DNA of 64,000 nucleotides, taken from Promethearchaeota archaeon. GTDB taxonomy: Archaea; Asgardarchaeota; Heimdallarchaeia; Hodarchaeales; Hodarchaeaceae. This document shows positions 59,794 to 64,000 of the stretch, piece after piece. The stretch is taken from NCBI GenBank assembly GCA_048938105.1, contig JBHLMN010000011.1, positions 96,001-160,000 of the forward strand, given 5' to 3'. The position numbers and the translations under genes are program-made. Position 1 is the stretch's first letter. The number at the start of each line of letters is the position of its first letter. Under the pieces are notes generated by a model. That model worked only from the letters and a program-made list of their open reading frames with translations, did no database searches and was not told the DNA's origin.

Positions 59794-60186
59794 ATGATCA
59801 ATGTTGAATTATCAATTTTTCAAATCATAAGTATAGGAATCTTTGGATTCATTTTCGGGTTATTTGAAATGATGACAAATGGGTTGTATCTGTTAACAAA
59901 GAATTATGAGCTACCAAAAAAACAACACGGAAAAGAATTACCTGCGGACGCGAGTACCTCAGAAATAAAACATAAAGTCATACAAATGATGATTCTTGGA
60001 ATATTTCTTGTCATAATAGCTATCATCGCTACTGTAATATCTCCTCAGCTATTTGTGGTGGGAGCAACAGCAATATTGGTAAGTGGATTAATCGATTATG
60101 GGAAATATAGAAAAAAAGACATGTTCATTGTATGGATTGGTCTAGCGAGTATTTGTGGTCTTTTCTCACTGATTCATACCGTTTAA
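59794..60186 (+). CDS. Hypothetical membrane protein (4 TM)
   Basis: Hydrophobic ORF with a KKQHGKELP loop. Confidence 0.75.
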   Translation: MINVELSIFQIISIGIFGFIFGLFEMMTNGLYLLTKNYELPKKQHGKELPADASTSEIKHKVIQMMILGIFLVIIAIIATVISPQLFVVGATAILVSGLIDYGKYRKKDMFIVWIGLASICGLFSLIHTV

Positions 60187-60253
60187 ACTTCAAAGATGGC
60201 TTGGATAATATAGTGGGATTCGAAATCATGAAAAGCATTAGATTGCCTGACAT

Positions 60254-60508
60254 TTATCGTAAGGTATAATAACAACGACGTAAGTCCATCATGTCAGGAA
60301 TTTGACCGATTAACCCCGCATCCTTCAAATCACGAAGAGCATAGCGAACAGTCCGTGTAGAATATTTAGTTTGTTCTGTAATATCTTTAAACCGCATTTG
60401 TTTACCCGCTAATATTATGTTATACACCTTTTTAGATGAAGGAGGCATGTTTACAAACAATTTATTATTCATCGCCAATACATTAGCCATCGTAACGAAA
60501 CCAACCAA
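60254..60508 (-). CDS. Small archaeal winged-helix regulator (MarR-like 'PPS.K.VY...RTVRYAL' family)
   Basis: MPPSSKKVY...STRTVRYALRDLKDAGLI...DLRRCYY. Confidence 0.85.
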   Translation of the reverse strand: MVGFVTMANVLAMNNKLFVNMPPSSKKVYNIILAGKQMRFKDITEQTKYSTRTVRYALRDLKDAGLIGQIPDMMDLRRCYYTLR

Positions 60509-60526
60509 TTCTTATGTGTTAGAAAA

Positions 60527-60572
60527 ATGATCTCAGATGCTGAGAATATGATCTCACTGGTATATATATAAT
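60527..60572. promoter_or_regulatory. Repeat-containing divergent promoter (ATGATCTCA x2, TCTCAG-N3-CTGAGA, TATA run)
   Basis: Direct repeats at 60527 and 60548; inverted repeat 60531-60545; TATATATATA at 60561-60570. Confidence 0.5.
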
Positions 60573-60659
60573 TAACGATACATGAAAAGATGGTCGCATA
60601 CATAGAAACTGTTATATCATTCTTTTTGTATTGATTATGAATGGAGAGCCCTAATTCTC

Positions 60660-61367
60660 ATGACGAAATCTGACACTAGTTCCCATCAAAACAAGTACCA
60701 AGATATTATTAATTACAAACCTGAAGTTCTAAAAATCATTAGTGATGAAGAAACCCTCAAACTCCTTTCAGACATCAATTACGAGAATGTGATGAGAATT
60801 TTAAGGAAAAAACCTATGACTGTTCAAGAGATCACAAAGGCTTTCAATATTATAGCTAAAACTTGTAGTAAGACTGAAAAGAAATCTGATAAATCAATTT
60901 ACCGTTATTTAAAGGTTCTTGAAGAGAAGAGGATGGTTGTTACCGCTGGTCAACGTGTGGTTATGGGTAAGACTGCTACTGAGAAGTTATACATGCCGAC
61001 TGCTCGTATCTTTCAACGAAAAGACATTGATTGGCAATCAGAAAGAGGTAAACAATGGGCAAACCGATTTGCTATTCTCATGCGTTATATGATCGAAGAT
61101 GATGGTCATGAACTATCTCTAAGTTGTATTCAGGAATTCTTTGAGAAGCTGACTAAAGGTAAAATAGAGGCTCTTGAAAGATTAGTTGAATCTGCTTCTG
61201 ACGAAACATTACAGCATATCAATGAAGGTGAATGGGAGGAGTTAGTTGAATTTGTTGATTGGGTATACATCTTTGGGTCATTGATGAGTCAACCTGAATT
61301 ATTGAATCAGTTAAATGACTGTTTTACAAAATCCACACAAGGAGATTCACACAACAGAACCATATGA
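60660..61367 (+). CDS. Winged-helix (ArsR-like) regulator, tandem paralogue 1
   Basis: PMTVQEIT...KSDKSIYRYLKVLEE...TATEKLYMPTARIF. Confidence 0.82.
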   Translation: MTKSDTSSHQNKYQDIINYKPEVLKIISDEETLKLLSDINYENVMRILRKKPMTVQEITKAFNIIAKTCSKTEKKSDKSIYRYLKVLEEKRMVVTAGQRVVMGKTATEKLYMPTARIFQRKDIDWQSERGKQWANRFAILMRYMIEDDGHELSLSCIQEFFEKLTKGKIEALERLVESASDETLQHINEGEWEELVEFVDWVYIFGSLMSQPELLNQLNDCFTKSTQGDSHNRTI

Positions 61368-61386
61368 AATACTAAAGTTGATTCTC

Positions 61387-62076
61387 ATGACGAAATCTGG
61401 CCAACCGCAACAAAACAAGAAGTATCAAGATATTATCGATTATAAACCAGCAATTCTAAAGGTTCTAAGCGATGAAAAGACATTGAAGATGCTTGAGAAT
61501 CCCAATTACGAATTAATTATCCCAATTCTAAGGAAAGGAGCAATGACCGTTCAGGAAATTACAAATGCTTTCAACAATATAGCAGAAAAGTCTGATACTC
61601 TTGAAGTGAAGTCAGATAAATCAATTTATCGCTATTTAAAAGCTCTTGAGAAGCTAGGAATCGTAGCTACAGCCGGTCAGCGTGTAATCTTGGGAAAAAC
61701 CGCTAGTGAAAAATTATACATGCGTACAGCCCGTGTATTCGAATTGAGGTTCAAATATATTGATTGGATGGGAGAAGAAGGAAATGAATGGGCTGAACGG
61801 TTCGGTACATTAGTTGGCCTTATGCTAAACATCAAACAGACCCCCTCTCTAAAATGTATCCAGGAATTTTTTGCTAAGTGGAATAGCGCAAGATCCACTG
61901 CAACTGAGAAACTGGCTTCAATCGTTCCCGATGATGAAATGGAAATTATAACAACATGTGACTTACGGGAATTGTCAGAAATTTTTGCCCGAGTATACAT
62001 CTTCAGTACACTAATGAATGATCCAAAGTTGTTGCAAGAACTTCGTATGTGTTTCAAAAATAGAAAGAAAGACTAA
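61387..62076 (+). CDS. Winged-helix (ArsR-like) regulator, tandem paralogue 2
   Basis: Start set at ATG 61387 by identity with the paralogue 1 start (MTKS); AMTVQEIT...KSDKSIYRYLKALEK...TASEKLYMRTARVF. Confidence 0.82.
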   Translation: MTKSGQPQQNKKYQDIIDYKPAILKVLSDEKTLKMLENPNYELIIPILRKGAMTVQEITNAFNNIAEKSDTLEVKSDKSIYRYLKALEKLGIVATAGQRVILGKTASEKLYMRTARVFELRFKYIDWMGEEGNEWAERFGTLVGLMLNIKQTPSLKCIQEFFAKWNSARSTATEKLASIVPDDEMEIITTCDLRELSEIFARVYIFSTLMNDPKLLQELRMCFKNRKKD

Positions 62077-62119
62077 AAGAATAGTCATCTTTGAAGGGAG
62101 GTGAGGTTGTTACTCAATC

Positions 62120-62776
62120 ATGAAGGGTAAATCAGATACTAATGCTTGGAAAGAGTATTCTTTCCGCTTTTATATTCAACGACTTCAATATTTTGAAATT
62201 AAAATTTTAGGATTCAAACTATTAGTATTCCTATTAATACTTGGTAATCTATGGGGAGCTTTCATTGGTTTTATATACTATTTTGAAGTAATTGGGCTTA
62301 CTCAATATTCCCCCATCCTATGGATATTAATACCTGACTGTCCTATGGCCGCATTATTGTTATTGGGAGTATATATTCAATTTGATAATCAACGTTTTTC
62401 TAATTTTAATTTTTTTGTATTCATCCAAGGTATTCGTGCAGCCATCATTACTTATCTGATTATATTAAACTTTGGGTCACTAGATATTGAAGTTGTGGTA
62501 ATCGGCCACTTTTTGTTACTTATTCAAGCAGTGGCTATATTACCTTTATTGTTAAATCTAAAATATACTAAAGGAACACTTGTTACTATTGGAATTACAT
62601 TATTCAACGATATATCTGATTTTTTCGGAATAATAGGAATAACTGAGCCTACTTTAGCCCAGCTACCTACTATTCAACCATTATTCTCTCCCTTTGTAAC
62701 CATAGTTTTCGGGTTAGACATCTTTCTCATTCTTGTTGGTTTGGTTTTTGCTAGATTCATGAGTCAAGAGAATTAG
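62120..62776 (+). CDS. DUF1405 family membrane protein
   Basis: NLWGAFIGFIYY, WILIPDCP, FNDISDF; multiple TM segments. Confidence 0.7.
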   Translation: MKGKSDTNAWKEYSFRFYIQRLQYFEIKILGFKLLVFLLILGNLWGAFIGFIYYFEVIGLTQYSPILWILIPDCPMAALLLLGVYIQFDNQRFSNFNFFVFIQGIRAAIITYLIILNFGSLDIEVVVIGHFLLLIQAVAILPLLLNLKYTKGTLVTIGITLFNDISDFFGIIGITEPTLAQLPTIQPLFSPFVTIVFGLDIFLILVGLVFARFMSQEN

Positions 62777-62860
62777 AAAATCTCTAATTGCTATGATACT
62801 ACAATTTTAAGGCGATAATTATTTAGATTAACAGCTTTTGTATTTTTTCTTGAATATTTT

Positions 62861-63841
62861 ATGGCAGCGCAACAAAATATTGTCCAAGAGCTTTTAGATA
62901 AGCTTTTTCAGGCAATTGTCACCTTTCTCAGGGAAATAGCGAATCCTATCAGCTTTATTGACAAGTATTTCATCTCAGAGGAAGGTTATAATATCTACAA
63001 CACTATTGTGTATACTACGATTGGAATACTTGCTATATTCCTAATTGGAAAAATAATTTTCCGTATAAATCAAAAGGGTTTTGAACGATGGGGAGAAGAT
63101 CATTTTATACCAGTTCAAATGGATTTAGAGTTTTTTGTTTCTATTTTACCGTATATCTTCATCGGTTCCACATTACGCGCTCTGCAAGATATTGCAGATC
63201 AAGATAAGATTATCTCTCCCTATGAGATTTTTGGGCTCCGTCTTTTTGTTACACCATACGTTTACGTCATCACTATCCTATTAACCTTAACTATTGGACT
63301 TATATCAATTTTTATCTCGCAAGAATATCTGCAAAATCTACAGCGATTTTCAAATTGGAGGTTCACCTTTCTATCGATTGGAATAATAATTGAAATCGTT
63401 TTATTCTTCCCAATTATTTTCCTGTTAACAGATCCTTATTACATCGGTGGTGGCTTAATTATTTTAGTCTTATCAGGCATTTTCGGGGTATTATTCTATC
63501 TTGTATCAACTCAGCTTTCGCAACGTTATATTCCTGAAGCTGTAGTAAGACGAGAGGAGATATTAACGATGATAACACAAATGTTTGATGCTTTTAATAC
63601 CGTCATTGCTATAGAATTCTTTAATTATCAGGAGAAACATTATTTACCTTCTATTCTATTTAATACCCCGTTTGGAGCTTGGCCTTTCTTATTGTTAAAA
63701 TTTACTTTGATTTTATTATTTATTTATGCAGTTAGAGGGCTTGACAAAGAAGATACGCAAAACTGGTTACTATGGGTTGTGTTCTTACTTGGTCTAGCTA
63801 CTGGAACACGGGACTTTCTTCGGCTAGTAACCAATACCTGA
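62861..63841 (+). CDS. DUF63 family archaeal membrane protein
   Basis: GYNIYNTIVY, LPYIFIGSTLRALQD, FVTP, QMFDAFNT, YQEKH, LGLATGTRDFLR. Confidence 0.88.
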   Translation: MAAQQNIVQELLDKLFQAIVTFLREIANPISFIDKYFISEEGYNIYNTIVYTTIGILAIFLIGKIIFRINQKGFERWGEDHFIPVQMDLEFFVSILPYIFIGSTLRALQDIADQDKIISPYEIFGLRLFVTPYVYVITILLTLTIGLISIFISQEYLQNLQRFSNWRFTFLSIGIIIEIVLFFPIIFLLTDPYYIGGGLIILVLSGIFGVLFYLVSTQLSQRYIPEAVVRREEILTMITQMFDAFNTVIAIEFFNYQEKHYLPSILFNTPFGAWPFLLLKFTLILLFIYAVRGLDKEDTQNWLLWVVFLLGLATGTRDFLRLVTNT

Positions 63842-63869
63842 ACTACAGAAATCAAGGAAAGAACATTAA

Positions 63870-64000
63870 TCAGTCTGTTGTTTCGAGTTGTGATTCTATC
63901 TCCTTAGGTAATCCTCTAAAATAAGTGAGTAATAGATATACTTGTCCTCGATGATATTGTTCATGATCATAAAACGCCTCTAGCAATTCATAGACTTTCA
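63870..64000 (-). CDS. DinB family protein, C-terminal part (truncated by window)
   Basis: Minus strand reads KVYELLEAFYDHEQYHRGQVYLLLTYFRGLPKEIESQLETTD*. Confidence 0.8.
   Translation of the reverse strand, partial: KVYELLEAFYDHEQYHRGQVYLLLTYFRGLPKEIESQLETTD

Noticed and set aside
61315-61386. N-terminal extension of the second wHTH paralogue given in the ORF track
   Set aside because: It overlaps the upstream gene; alignment with the paralogue places the true start at ATG 61387.

Overview
AT-rich, gene-dense archaeal chromosomal window. It most likely comes from an Asgard archaeon of the Heimdallarchaeia/Hodarchaeales type. This is inferred from the multi-PAS sensors, PGFE-type C-terminal sorting signals, Asgard-style Ig-like surface repeats, a membrane RING-finger protein, DUF63/DUF1405 genes and expanded wHTH regulators; no marker gene is present to confirm it. 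Contents in order: the 3' end of gdhA; two tandem PAS-array proteins (3 and 10 PAS domains) ending in a degenerate histidine-kinase module; carbohydrate and amino-acid genes (saccharopine dehydrogenase-like, FGGY kinase, GH4, HAD, MFS); an FtsX/MacB-type ABC transporter whose second ATPase has an in-frame TAA; an arsenic cluster (arsR, arsP-like, acr3, two thioredoxin-fold proteins) and a cadCA-type pair, each with a visible operator palindrome; a 750-aa orphan; three radical SAM enzymes; a LURP-one/scramblase-like membrane protein; a 1395-aa acyl-CoA dehydratase activase; an ICMT/PEMT methyltransferase; a receptor-like signal peptide-ectodomain-TM-RING protein; metF, a class V PLP enzyme, a DDC-like decarboxylase and galT; two translationally coupled giant surface proteins plus an orphan sorting-signal remnant; tandem wHTH paralogues; DUF1405; DUF63; and a partial DinB gene. 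I saw no rRNA, tRNA, CRISPR array, transposase or integrase. The most interesting candidates are the receptor-like membrane RING (putative E3 ligase), the surface-protein pair with a Trp-rich PQPP-flanked hairpin, and the PAS-array pseudo-histidine kinases. All family assignments come from reading motifs by eye, not from database searches.
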